This document shows positions 1 through 7,548 of a stretch of 64,000 nucleotides of DNA, one piece after another. The notes under the pieces were generated by a model. It was not told the DNA's origin and made no database searches. It saw only the letters and a list, made by a program, of their open reading frames with translations. The position numbers and the translations under genes were made by a program. Every line of letters begins with the position of its first letter. Within the stretch, counting starts at the first letter, position 1. Origin of the DNA: a virus. The DNA lies in the IMG/VR virus record IMGVR_UViG_3300045988_098110, positions 14,402 to 78,401 of that record; one strand, written 5' to 3'.

Positions 1-293
1 GGAAGGTCTTTTAGCCTGAAGAAGTAAGGTGGGCCGCCATACAACAGGTTTCTCTCGTACTTGTGGTATTCGTCCACTACGTCCTTGAACCTTTTCTTGA
101 TAGACACACCGTCCGCTGCACGCTTGCGGTATCTCGGGTGTTGCTTCACTTTCCTGAGGGCTTCCAGGCAAGCCATCCAAGCGGCGTTGTTTGCGACACC
201 GCAAGTCGTCTTCACGAGCCCTGATATGATGCCAGCGATTTGAGCCAGCGTCTCCTGCCGCTCTGCCCGTATCGTATGTTTCACTTCTTTCAT
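1..293 (-). CDS. hypothetical early protein (3' end beyond window)
   Basis: Absent from the ORF track because it runs off the edge. ATG at 293-291 (MKEVKHTIRAERQETLAQIAG...) stays open to nt 1, and it is tightly spaced with the next minus-strand genes. Confidence 0.6.
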   Translation of the reverse strand, partial: MKEVKHTIRAERQETLAQIAGIISGLVKTTCGVANNAAWMACLEALRKVKQHPRYRKRAADGVSIKKRFKDVVDEYHKYERNLLYGGPPYFFRLKDL

Positions 294-300
294 GTTCTTT

Positions 301-753
301 CTATCTGTTAGTGCGCCTGCAATACTCTGCGATGAGCAATGCGTCGCAAGTCTTAAGTGTCACTTTCTTTCCGAGCTGCGGGAACAGCGCCTGCGCCTTG
401 GCCTTGAGCATCCTTTTCCATTCTGATTTCTCATGCTTCTTGCTTGTGCCGAGCGAATATGTCTTTTCCCACTTTTGCGGCCTCGCCTTGATTGTCCTAA
501 TGCCAAGCGCGAGGAGCGCCATTTCAAGATGCCCGTTATGCCTTGCGAACCTTGCCGTCGATGATGAAGACTGACCGGGCATGCCCTGCCCAACATCCTC
601 AAGCACGCAAACAGAACCGTCCTTGTAACCCATGAGAAACTGGAATATCTCCATGGGAGTATCGGGCATGTTCACGCACTCTATTACAGAGCCATCATCG
701 TCGAGTATTGCTATCCCGCCGCTTACGCCCGGGTCTATACCTATGTAAACCAT
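301..753 (-). CDS. RuvC-like Holliday junction resolvase
   Basis: ORF 301..831 trimmed to ATG 753. MVYIGIDPGVSGGIAILDDDG is the RuvC/RNase-H-fold first strand with the catalytic Asp; later acidic motifs are VLEDVG and CDALLIAEY. Confidence 0.7.
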   Translation of the reverse strand: MVYIGIDPGVSGGIAILDDDGSVIECVNMPDTPMEIFQFLMGYKDGSVCVLEDVGQGMPGQSSSSTARFARHNGHLEMALLALGIRTIKARPQKWEKTYSLGTSKKHEKSEWKRMLKAKAQALFPQLGKKVTLKTCDALLIAEYCRRTNR

Positions 754-763
754 TCTACCAAAG

Positions 764-1038
764 TTAAAAAATAAAGTTGGGCCGCTTTTGAACGGGGTTG
801 AACGACAGGCTTTGGTATACGTTGTTTCCAAACCGTTGCCATTTTCCCGTCTTGTACTGTACGAGCCAGTCGCCCGTGCGCGCTATTGGTGAACCGTCCG
901 TTGCCTCGTCCTTGAATCGGACTTTATGTCCATTCTCCTGTGCCTGTCTTGGCTCACGCTCACGAACTCAAGGCAGTCGAGAAGCCGTAGCTCCTCGACG
1001 TTGTTGCGCCAAACCCTGATGCTTTTGATAATGTTCAT
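764..1038 (-). pseudogene. small gene split over two reading frames (indel, frameshift or non-canonical start)
   Basis: ATG 1038 gives MNIIKSIRVWRNNVEELRLLDCLEFVSVSQ... and stops at 883. The -1 frame is open from about 975 to stop 764 (..ENGHKVRFKDEATDGSPIARTGDWLVQYKTGKWQRFGNNVY..) but has no ATG/GTG/TTG. It ends 10 nt before the RuvC-like start. Confidence 0.3.
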
Positions 1039-1059
1039 CTTCTTGTCGTCACAAAGTCG

Positions 1060-1305
1060 TTAAATGCCGAACTCATCGTAATGCTTGTCGTCCTCTGCGA
1101 ACGAAACGGCATGTACCGTGAGTGTTCTCTCATCCTCGTCAACGGTTGCCTTGTATCTCTTCACATCCTTGCGTGGATGCTTTTTAGGAGTAGTGTATGC
1201 AAGCACTCGCCCGTTATAGCAAGCCTTGACAGTATCGAGATAGAACACCCTTGTCTCTCCGGGTTTCAGCCTCATGTAGTCCATGTATCCTACTTTTCTT
1301 TCCAT
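1060..1305 (-). CDS. small hypothetical protein (KPGE..VF family, paralog of 3885..4094)
   Basis: 81-aa ORF. LKPGETRVFYLDTVKACYNGRVLAYTT...VKRYKATVDEDERTLTVHAV aligns by eye with IKPGEFKVFVFETTKAAISARSYAYQI...VAKYRTRIDFKSKALVIEAV. Confidence 0.6.
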   Translation of the reverse strand: MERKVGYMDYMRLKPGETRVFYLDTVKACYNGRVLAYTTPKKHPRKDVKRYKATVDEDERTLTVHAVSFAEDDKHYDEFGI

Positions 1306-1322
1306 ATCTTAGTGTTATGCGA

Positions 1323-1613
1323 TTAGAATCTTGTTCCTTCGATGCGCTTTATCTCATCGTTGATGTAGAAGATGGCCTTTCTCAGGTCCTCTATGCGCTT
1401 CTCCTCCTCTGTCTTGTCACCGTCGGCCTTGCCCTTTCTCATAAGGTATTTCAGCGCGTTGCCGATGGAGAAGTCGAAGTGACGGCAGATTTCTATTGGC
1501 TCTACGCCACATAAGTCCTTCAGCCACGCATAATGGGATGGATGGTTGACCTGTTCGCTCTTTTCGGCGTATTTTGGATATAAGCCAAGACCAATATCTT
1601 CTTTCTTAATCAT
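1323..1613 (-). CDS. DUF3310-family phage protein
   Basis: VNHPSHY...PIEI...FSIGNALKYLMRKGKA...EDLRKAIFYI matches the DUF3310 signature (NHPxHY, GNAxKY, DLxKAxxY). Confidence 0.7.
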   Translation of the reverse strand: MIKKEDIGLGLYPKYAEKSEQVNHPSHYAWLKDLCGVEPIEICRHFDFSIGNALKYLMRKGKADGDKTEEEKRIEDLRKAIFYINDEIKRIEGTRF

Positions 1614-1944
1614 AATCTTTATTTTTAATTATGTCTATAATATCCTGCTCTTTAATTTTGAGAAAGCGATAGAAATCTATTCCCTGAACACTTTTTACGC
1701 AGTGAAATTTGCTCAAATCGGCTTCACAATAGTCTATTGCTAAAGTTAATACTTGGTTCCAGCCTGGAGCTTTGAATGGTGCTAAAAACCACTTGCGTTC
1801 AAAGTTGATTTCTTCAACCATTCCGCAAACCATACCTTCGTATTGGAAGACTCCGTTTTCAAAGTTTTCCCTTTCCTGACCTTCGAGGTTTTCGATAAGA
1901 TATGACGCGGGAACGACAAACAGATTCCCTTTGTAACATTTCAT
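1606..1944 (-). CDS. hypothetical protein
   Basis: 112-aa ORF, co-oriented, with an 8-nt overlap with the next gene. No motif recognised. Confidence 0.55.
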   Translation of the reverse strand: MKCYKGNLFVVPASYLIENLEGQERENFENGVFQYEGMVCGMVEEINFERKWFLAPFKAPGWNQVLTLAIDYCEADLSKFHCVKSVQGIDFYRFLKIKEQDIIDIIKNKDYD

Positions 1945-1947
1945 AAG

Positions 1948-2355
1948 CTATTCCTTCTTATCTTTCAGTTCAACAAAATCTCCAATGCCCAAACGAGCGT
2001 TGTTGATGCAAGACGCAATCCACTCTATCAGATATGCGCTGGCCTCTCCGCCGTGCTCCATACCGATGGCCTCCTCTATTGCGTCGCAAACATGGCTCGC
2101 CTCGTGACTTACAACTCCCACTAACCGCATTGTGGCATGGTTGTCGAACACCACAAGCTCGCCAATCTTGTTGTCAGAGCACCTTCGCACCTCGAAGCAT
2201 GTCACGGCCTCGGCCACACAAAGGTCGAAGTCAACAGGCTTTCCTCTCTCGCTCTTAAAAACACCTTCGAGGTCTTCCGGTCCCAACCCTACGGCCACCC
2301 AAAGCCTTCGTGGGTATAGGCCAGGATCATACTCGTAGTATCCGTATCTCTTCAT
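1948..2355 (-). CDS. HExxH zinc-metallopeptidase-like protein
   Basis: ORF 1948..2472. The likely start is ATG 2355 (MKRYGYYEYDPG), though it could extend to 2472. Motif VVSHEASHVCDAIEE contains HEASH (HExxH). Confidence 0.5.
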   Translation of the reverse strand: MKRYGYYEYDPGLYPRRLWVAVGLGPEDLEGVFKSERGKPVDFDLCVAEAVTCFEVRRCSDNKIGELVVFDNHATMRLVGVVSHEASHVCDAIEEAIGMEHGGEASAYLIEWIASCINNARLGIGDFVELKDKKE

Positions 2356-2479
2356 GCACCGTTCTATCTTTTTGTTATTTCTATGTTGGCGAGGAGGTTT
2401 CGGAACCTCACCCTCATGCGGCCTACTCTCATTCATCCGCATTGCCGTGCATCTGTTGACACCACTCGCCACTGCCTTC

Positions 2480-2895
2480 TGTGGTTTCGGTTACGCTCCT
2501 CTTGCCATCATGTGATGGTAGTTAGTCGTCGCTTATCCCTACTCGCACCTTAGGAAGGACTTTCGATGTGCGTGCGTCCGTTCACGGGTCGTTCGCCAGC
2601 CACATATTGTTATGGTCTTGCGAAACAAGGCAGCCTCATTCGCCGCTCGCCGCTACTGTTTTTTCCACGCCATCTGTTTTGTTCCAATAAGCAAAGAGCT
2701 ACTCCTTTCATCTCATTGTGCCTTCATCGGGGATCGAACCCGCCAGTGGGCGCCAGCCGCCCTGAAGGCTTGATAGGAATCCTGATGTCTCATCTGTATT
2801 CCTCTCCCCACGCTTGGGTACCTGTAATAATCCTAACCTCAAACTTTAGATTTTGAAAAATCAAAAATCAATCAATAACTAAAAAATCTATCTAC
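2480..2895 (-). ncRNA. candidate structured non-coding RNA (unknown class)
   Basis: About 440 nt with no credible ORF inside a tightly packed operon. A TATATTTG -7 box lies on the minus strand at 2896-2903. Several hairpins are present, e.g. AGGAAT..GATG-aga-CATC..ATTCCT at 2775-2813 and CCATCA/TGATGG at 2505-2518. Confidence 0.4.
2720..2769 (-). other. tRNA-like minihelix (acceptor-like stem plus T-arm), not a canonical tRNA
   Basis: Minus strand reads GCCTTCA-GG-GGGCG(gctgg)CGCCC-actg-GCGGG-TTCGATC-CCCGA-TGAAGGC-A. It has a 7-bp closing stem, a perfect TTCGATC T-loop and a 5-bp hairpin. Only 36 nt lie between the acceptor strands. Confidence 0.35.
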
Positions 2896-2903
2896 CAAAT
2901 ATA
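2896..2903 (-). promoter_or_regulatory. Bacteroides-type -7 box TATATTTG
   Basis: Plus-strand CAAATATA. It sits directly after the stop of 2912..3172 and ahead of the ORF-free region. Confidence 0.35.
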
Positions 2904-2911
2904 TTAAAGAA

Positions 2912-3172
2912 TTACATAATCCTGTTGTTCTCGATGAGCCTCATTACATCCTTCACCTTGTAAAGGAATGTGTTCCTTAGCTTATAGGTCGGCAACTGCC
3001 CTGACTCCCGAAGGTCCTTGATGAAATCCTTGCTCACGCCGCCGAGAAAGACGGCCAGCGACTTGCTTGTAAGGAACTCCTGTTCCTGCTCCTTCAACGA
3101 CAGAACTTTCTCTACCACGTTGATGTTGAGACTTGCACGGCATCTTGGCCGCTTCTGTTGGCTTGTCTGCAT
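2912..3172 (-). CDS. helix-turn-helix DNA-binding protein (excisionase/MerR-like HTH_17 type)
   Basis: ORF 2912..3271 trimmed to ATG 3172. FLTSKSLAVFLGGVSKDFIKDLRESGQLPTYKLRNTFLYKVKDVMRLIE matches the pattern typical of Bacteroidales mobile-element HTH proteins. Confidence 0.55.
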   Translation of the reverse strand: MQTSQQKRPRCRASLNINVVEKVLSLKEQEQEFLTSKSLAVFLGGVSKDFIKDLRESGQLPTYKLRNTFLYKVKDVMRLIENNRIM

Positions 3173-3174
3173 GG

Positions 3175-3855
3175 CTATTCCTCCTCCTTCTTCTTGTTTT
3201 GCTCGATGAGCGGCATTACGTTGTGCTTCTTCAGCTCCTCGTACAGGAAGAGCCTTCCTTTCTGCGTCCACTTGGTGTGCATCACCGTTCCGTTCGTACC
3301 GTTCTTGTGGACTATTGGGAACGTGTCGGACTGCACGTAGTCTTGCGCTATCTGCGTCGTAGTGACAGTCTCCTTGCTTGCGAGGATCATGTCAACGTAT
3401 GTCACCTTGGGTTCCATTTCAGCTATCACGCCGTTCAGCTCTACAATCTCCTTGGAGTTTGCCTCAAGTTGCCTCTGCTGTTCCTCTATCTGCTCCTGCT
3501 GCTTTGCCGCGAGCATTAGGGCTTCTGCGAACGACTGCGGAACTTGGTACTGGTTTCTCTCTTTCGTCTCAAGCTCTTCCCAGCGCAACACCAGCTTTGC
3601 TCGTGCCTCGTCGTTGAACTTAGTGGCGATGTATAAGCATTCGGTCTTATTGAGAACATAACAAGGAACATCCTTGTATCCTCCGTTAGGCTGAGCCTGC
3701 TTGTATGATGACAACGCAAAATTGCGTCCTGATACTTTCACCCACGCTTCTTCCATGTTTCGGATGCTTCTCATAACATCCGCATGTCTCATCCCTATCA
3801 CCTCAGCTATCTCAAGCGAGGTCATTGTTTCCTTCTTGATAATCAAGTCTGTCAT
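3175..3855 (-). CDS. Rha-family phage regulatory protein / antirepressor with KilAC-like C-terminus
   Basis: N-terminus MTSLEIAEVIGMRHADVMRSIRNM...YVLNKTECLYIATKFNDEARAKLVLRWEELE resembles Phage_pRha. The C-terminal part TTQIAQDY...KGRLFLYEELKK is KilAC-like. Confidence 0.6.
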   Translation of the reverse strand: MTDLIIKKETMTSLEIAEVIGMRHADVMRSIRNMEEAWVKVSGRNFALSSYKQAQPNGGYKDVPCYVLNKTECLYIATKFNDEARAKLVLRWEELETKERNQYQVPQSFAEALMLAAKQQEQIEEQQRQLEANSKEIVELNGVIAEMEPKVTYVDMILASKETVTTTQIAQDYVQSDTFPIVHKNGTNGTVMHTKWTQKGRLFLYEELKKHNVMPLIEQNKKKEEE

Positions 3856-3884
3856 TTCTTTACCTCCTATATACTTTATTGTTG

Positions 3885-4094
3885 CTACTCACACGGGACT
3901 GCCTCAATCACCAAAGCCTTGCTCTTAAAGTCTATCCTCGTCCGATATTTGGCAACACCATCAGGAGGCTCGATGTAGCCTATCTGATAGGCGTATGATC
4001 TGGCAGAAATAGCAGCTTTGGTTGTCTCGAACACGAAAACCTTGAACTCGCCAGGTTTGATGCTCAGAATGTCAGCCTTTGTCACTTTTTTCAT
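3885..4094 (-). CDS. small hypothetical protein, first gene of the early leftward operon (KPGE..VF family)
   Basis: ORF 3885..4190 trimmed to ATG 4094 (MKKVTKADILSIKPGEFKVFVF...). Paralog of 1060..1305. Confidence 0.55.
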   Translation of the reverse strand: MKKVTKADILSIKPGEFKVFVFETTKAAISARSYAYQIGYIEPPDGVAKYRTRIDFKSKALVIEAVPCE

Positions 4095-4130
4095 CTTTGT
4101 TACTTTAATATCCGTTATATTATTTGGAAA

Positions 4131-4190
4131 TGTGCGACAAAAGCAGTATATTTGCAGTGTGATATGTAGATACGCCGCTTTCGGTCGCAC
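4131..4190. promoter_or_regulatory. 8-bp inverted repeat TGTGCGAC / GTCGCACA bracketing a promoter box (candidate operator pair)
   Basis: TGTGCGAC at 4131-4138 and its exact reverse complement at 4183-4190 flank TATATTTG at 4147-4154. Confidence 0.35.
4147..4154 (+). promoter_or_regulatory. -7 box TATATTTG (candidate repressor-gene promoter)
   Basis: Exact TAnnTTTG on the plus strand, about 190 nt upstream of the repressor ATG. Confidence 0.4.
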
Positions 4191-4242
4191 AGTCTTCCGT
4201 TTGTGTCGGTCTTACTTTGTTGTTTTAACCGAACCACGAGTG

Positions 4243-4250
4243 CAAAAGTA
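4243..4250 (-). promoter_or_regulatory. -7 box TACTTTTG (candidate early leftward promoter)
   Basis: Plus strand reads CAAAAGTA. It lies to the right of the plus-strand box, which gives a face-to-face arrangement. Confidence 0.4.
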
Positions 4251-4339
4251 GTGCTTTTATAGTGTAACGCAAAACAAAAGGGCAACTTTCTCACTATATT
4301 TAACACTTCTAAACATTTCGTGCGGTTTTAGTTGCATAT

Positions 4340-5020
4340 ATGACACTAAGGCACACAACTATGGATACAAACATTATCGAAAGAATGGAGATGGTATTAG
4401 CAAAGAGGCATGAAACCAAAAACTCTTTTGCTCTATCTGTTGGGATCGCCACCTCTAACTTCACTCGCAAGATGAAAGGAACGCAAGCATTCACCAAGCG
4501 CGACTTCATGTTGATTTCCAAGGCGACTGGCATCAGTAGGGAATGGCTTGAGTTTGGCGATGGCGACATGATGGCCAAGCAGGGCGCAACCGTTCCACAG
4601 ATGGAAGAAGATAGGCCAACAGTCGAAGGAAAGCCCTTCTACGACGTTGACTTTGCGCTCGGCTTCAACGGAATGTATAATGACGAGCCGAACGTGCCTT
4701 CAAAAATCATCAGCGTACCCGGCTACGAGAAGGCCGATTTTTGGTGCCGAACGTCAGGCGACAGCATGAAGCCGTTCATCAGCAACGGGGACATCATCGC
4801 CCTGAAGGAGATAGAGGACTGGCAGAGCTTCCTTCCCATGAACGAGGTCTACGCCATCATGACCACCAACGACCTGAGAACCGTGAAGGTCGTCCGCAAG
4901 GGCAGCGACGACGAGCACCTGACCCTCCACGCCTACAACGAGGAATACGAGGATCAGGAGATAAGCAAGAGCGCAATAACGAAAGTTTTCAAGGTGATAG
5001 GAGCTTTGAAAACAATGTAG
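4340..5020 (+). CDS. CI/LexA-like repressor (XRE HTH plus S24 peptidase domain)
   Basis: N-terminal HTH (SFALSVGIATSNFTRKMKG) and C-terminal S24 motif SGDSMKPFISNGDIIAL...VVRKG (Ser/Lys dyad). An alternative start is ATG 4361. Confidence 0.8.
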   Translation: MTLRHTTMDTNIIERMEMVLAKRHETKNSFALSVGIATSNFTRKMKGTQAFTKRDFMLISKATGISREWLEFGDGDMMAKQGATVPQMEEDRPTVEGKPFYDVDFALGFNGMYNDEPNVPSKIISVPGYEKADFWCRTSGDSMKPFISNGDIIALKEIEDWQSFLPMNEVYAIMTTNDLRTVKVVRKGSDDEHLTLHAYNEEYEDQEISKSAITKVFKVIGALKTM

Positions 5021-5039
5021 GTGTAAAGAGAGAGATTAA

Positions 5040-5360
5040 ACCAACAATATTTATCCGTACCCAAAACCGTACCCGATATTTCAAATGGACCATAAAGTAC
5101 TGATAGTCATAGGATTACAAATAGTTGCAAACATCTTCATGACGCTTGTCAGGAATTAGAAGCAAAACATCATAACACGCTATGTCTAAGATAGTTGCAA
5201 AATTGCAAGGCGTAAGCACCCATGTGAAAATCGGCGATTTTTCGCCCAAAAACTATAGGTTTATCGGGGTTTATTCGGGTACTTCCGTACCCAAAATCGT
5301 ACCCAACGAAAACAGGGTACGAACGGAAAGGGTCTAACATAAAAAAGGAAAGGGTCTATT
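5040..5360. promoter_or_regulatory. attP-like region with arm-type repeats
   Basis: CGTACCC at 5056, 5068, 5286 and 5298 (12-bp spacing within pairs). Inverted GGGTAC(G) at 5277 and 5315. ATAGTTGCAAA at 5121 and 5191. GGAAAGGGTCT at 5325 and 5347. The region lies between the repressor and the integrase. Confidence 0.55.
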
Positions 5361-6575
5361 ATGAAGTACCGCGTTTACGTAGACACAACGAAAAAGAGGC
5401 AAGACGAGCAAAGCCCGGTCGTGCTAATATTCGAGGACAGTGGAATGAGGTTCAAAATTTCCACGGGCCTGTTCTCTTCCAGGAAGTTCACAGGAAAGGA
5501 GTTTCCAAAAGAAGAGCCCAACCACAAGGCTAAGACTCTCAAACTTGCGGGAAAGCTACTTGACATCGACGAATACCTACTGATGAACAGCAATGTTCCG
5601 TTCAACAAGGCAAAAGAGGAAATCAAGGCGATTTTGAACGGAGAGGGGAACGCCCTGAAGCCAATCACGTTCTACATGGAGGAGCTGGCCAAGACCAAGA
5701 CGCCGAGCACCGCAAAGTTCTATATCAAGACAGCGAGGAAGATCAGGGAGTTCGACCCATCGGCCACCTTCGACACCATAGATGCGGACTGGCTGCAAAA
5801 TTTCGACACGCACATGAAGGAGAACGGGAACACGACTGTCAATGGCCGCGCCATCCACCTTCGCGACATAAAGGCCGTGTTCAACGCCGCCTTGGCCGAT
5901 GAGATAACGACCAAGTACCCATTCAGGAAGTTTAAGATCAAGGCAGACAGCGTCCCCATCAAGAACATAACACTTGAGCAGCTAAGGGAGCTCAGGGATT
6001 GCAAGGTTGAGCCCAACAGCCGCATTTTCCGCGACCTGTTCCTCCTGTCGTTCTACCTTTGCGGCATCAACCCTGTCGATCTGCTGCACCTCACTAAGGC
6101 AAACATCAAGAATGGGCGCATCGTTTATACGAGGAGCAAGACGCACAAGCTGTACGACATACCTCTGCCACCGGAAGCGAAGGAGATTTTCAGGATGTAT
6201 AAGGGGAAAGACTACCTGTTGGAGGTGCTTGACTATTACGGTGATGATTATCTGCATTTCCTGAGCAGATGGAATAAGATGCTGAAAAGAATAGGAAATA
6301 TGAAGATATGCGAGCGTTCGGACGGCAGGAAGGTGCTGAGGATGGGTGAGCCTATATTGCCGAACCTGACTGTTTATTCGGCCAGATACACCTTTGCGAG
6401 CATCGGTGCGGAGCTTGAGATACCGAGAGAGACCATAGCGTTGTGCCTTGGTCACTCTTGGGCCGATGTCACCGCGCATTATATCAGCTATAGCATGAAG
6501 CGTATAGATGATGCGGTAAGGAAGATCATTGACTATGTGAACGCAGACATTTCCAATGAAAATGACGATATATGA
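5361..6575 (+). CDS. int: tyrosine site-specific integrase (Bacteroidales arm-domain type)
   Basis: 404 aa. The N-terminal arm-binding-like MKYRVYVDTTKKRQDEQSPVVLIF, a SAM-like core and the C-terminal catalytic region (TRSKTHK.., ARYTFAS, LGHSWADVTAHYISY) fit the R..HxxR..Y layout. Confidence 0.85.
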   Translation: MKYRVYVDTTKKRQDEQSPVVLIFEDSGMRFKISTGLFSSRKFTGKEFPKEEPNHKAKTLKLAGKLLDIDEYLLMNSNVPFNKAKEEIKAILNGEGNALKPITFYMEELAKTKTPSTAKFYIKTARKIREFDPSATFDTIDADWLQNFDTHMKENGNTTVNGRAIHLRDIKAVFNAALADEITTKYPFRKFKIKADSVPIKNITLEQLRELRDCKVEPNSRIFRDLFLLSFYLCGINPVDLLHLTKANIKNGRIVYTRSKTHKLYDIPLPPEAKEIFRMYKGKDYLLEVLDYYGDDYLHFLSRWNKMLKRIGNMKICERSDGRKVLRMGEPILPNLTVYSARYTFASIGAELEIPRETIALCLGHSWADVTAHYISYSMKRIDDAVRKIIDYVNADISNENDDI

Positions 6576-6584
6576 GGCTTGAAA

Positions 6585-6625
6585 AACAAAAAAGGGAGGT
6601 GCGACAGCCTCCCTTTTTCTTTTTA
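6585..6625. terminator. bidirectional rho-independent terminator
   Basis: GGGAGG (6594-6599) / CCTCCC (6608-6613) stem with an A-run upstream and a T-run downstream, between the convergent int and methylase genes. Confidence 0.7.
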
Positions 6626-6640
6626 TAAAAAATGACTAAG

Positions 6641-7411
6641 TTAGAACAACGTGAGCTGCGCTTGCTCCTGCTTGATGCGCTTGCAAGCCTTGTCGTAATA
6701 CTCCTTGTTGAGCTCAAAGCCGATGAAGTTGCGCTTCTCGCGGATGGCCGCTATGGCGGTGGTGCCGCTACCCATACAGTTGTCTAAGATGGTGTCGCCC
6801 TCGTTGGAGTAGGTGCGGATGAGGTACAGAATAAGAGCTGCCGGCTTTTGCGTAGGGTGCATGTCCCTTTCCTTTTCCTTGTCGAAGAAGAGCACAGATA
6901 TGGGGTATTTCTCGGTGGTCATTTCCTTTGAGTAAACCTCGTTGTTATAACGTCCATAACAAACATTACCTTTCGGCTTACCATACTTATGCCCTCTCGA
7001 ATGGTTGGGAAACCCTGGGCGCATTTGCGGATTAAACGTTGGCAAAGCTCGATAGAACACGGCTATGTCCTCATGGCATCGCATAGGCATCCGCTTTGCG
7101 TTCAAAAAGCCTGTGGGCCTGTCCTTTTGCCATATCAGGTTATAACGCCAGTTCTTAGGCTCGGCCATCATGAGCTTTGCTGTAAACATTCCTTGGCAGA
7201 AAAGGATGATGGGCGCATTCTCTTTTGCAACACGCCAATATTCCTTAAAAAGAGGATCTATGGGAATCATGCAATCCCATTGAGCTTTTTCGTTGCCTCT
7301 GTTCAAAACCTCATACGGCAAGTCGCAGATAATACAATCTACGCTCCCGTCAGGAATCTTCTTCATCCCTTCCAGGCAGTCTTCGTTATATATCTTATTC
7401 AGTTCTATCAT
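6641..7411 (-). CDS. DNA methyltransferase (N6A/N4C beta class, N6_N4_Mtase type)
   Basis: Motif IV IICDLPY comes before motif I DNCMGSGTTAIAA. HPTQKPAALILYLI is typical of this family. Confidence 0.8.
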   Translation of the reverse strand: MIELNKIYNEDCLEGMKKIPDGSVDCIICDLPYEVLNRGNEKAQWDCMIPIDPLFKEYWRVAKENAPIILFCQGMFTAKLMMAEPKNWRYNLIWQKDRPTGFLNAKRMPMRCHEDIAVFYRALPTFNPQMRPGFPNHSRGHKYGKPKGNVCYGRYNNEVYSKEMTTEKYPISVLFFDKEKERDMHPTQKPAALILYLIRTYSNEGDTILDNCMGSGTTAIAAIREKRNFIGFELNKEYYDKACKRIKQEQAQLTLF

Positions 7412-7548
7412 GCTTTGTTACGTTTTAATCGGCACCTTCAACAATCGTAAACCCATGCCTCGCAGCCGTTGTGTCGCGTCGTGCCGAGCGTTTGGTCTCG
7501 CTGTCGTAGCAGACGATGCGAGGGTCGCCTAATGGGTCGGCAAAGTGG

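Noticed and set aside
2720-2769. Possible genuine tRNA gene (perfect TTCGATC T-loop with complementary 7-nt acceptor strands).
   Set aside because: Only 36 nt separate the acceptor strands. There is no D-arm and no 7-nt anticodon loop, and the outer T-stem pair is G-A. I kept it as a tRNA-like minihelix, not a tRNA.
2566-2856. 96-aa plus-strand ORF in the ORF-free early region.
   Set aside because: It is on the opposite strand to all neighbours and has an implausible composition (Cys/Arg/Pro/Leu-rich). It has no promoter box or coupling. The region is treated as non-coding.
4309-4578. 89-aa minus-strand ORF overlapping the repressor gene.
   Set aside because: It is antisense to a well-supported S24 repressor CDS and is a hydrophobic, low-information translation.
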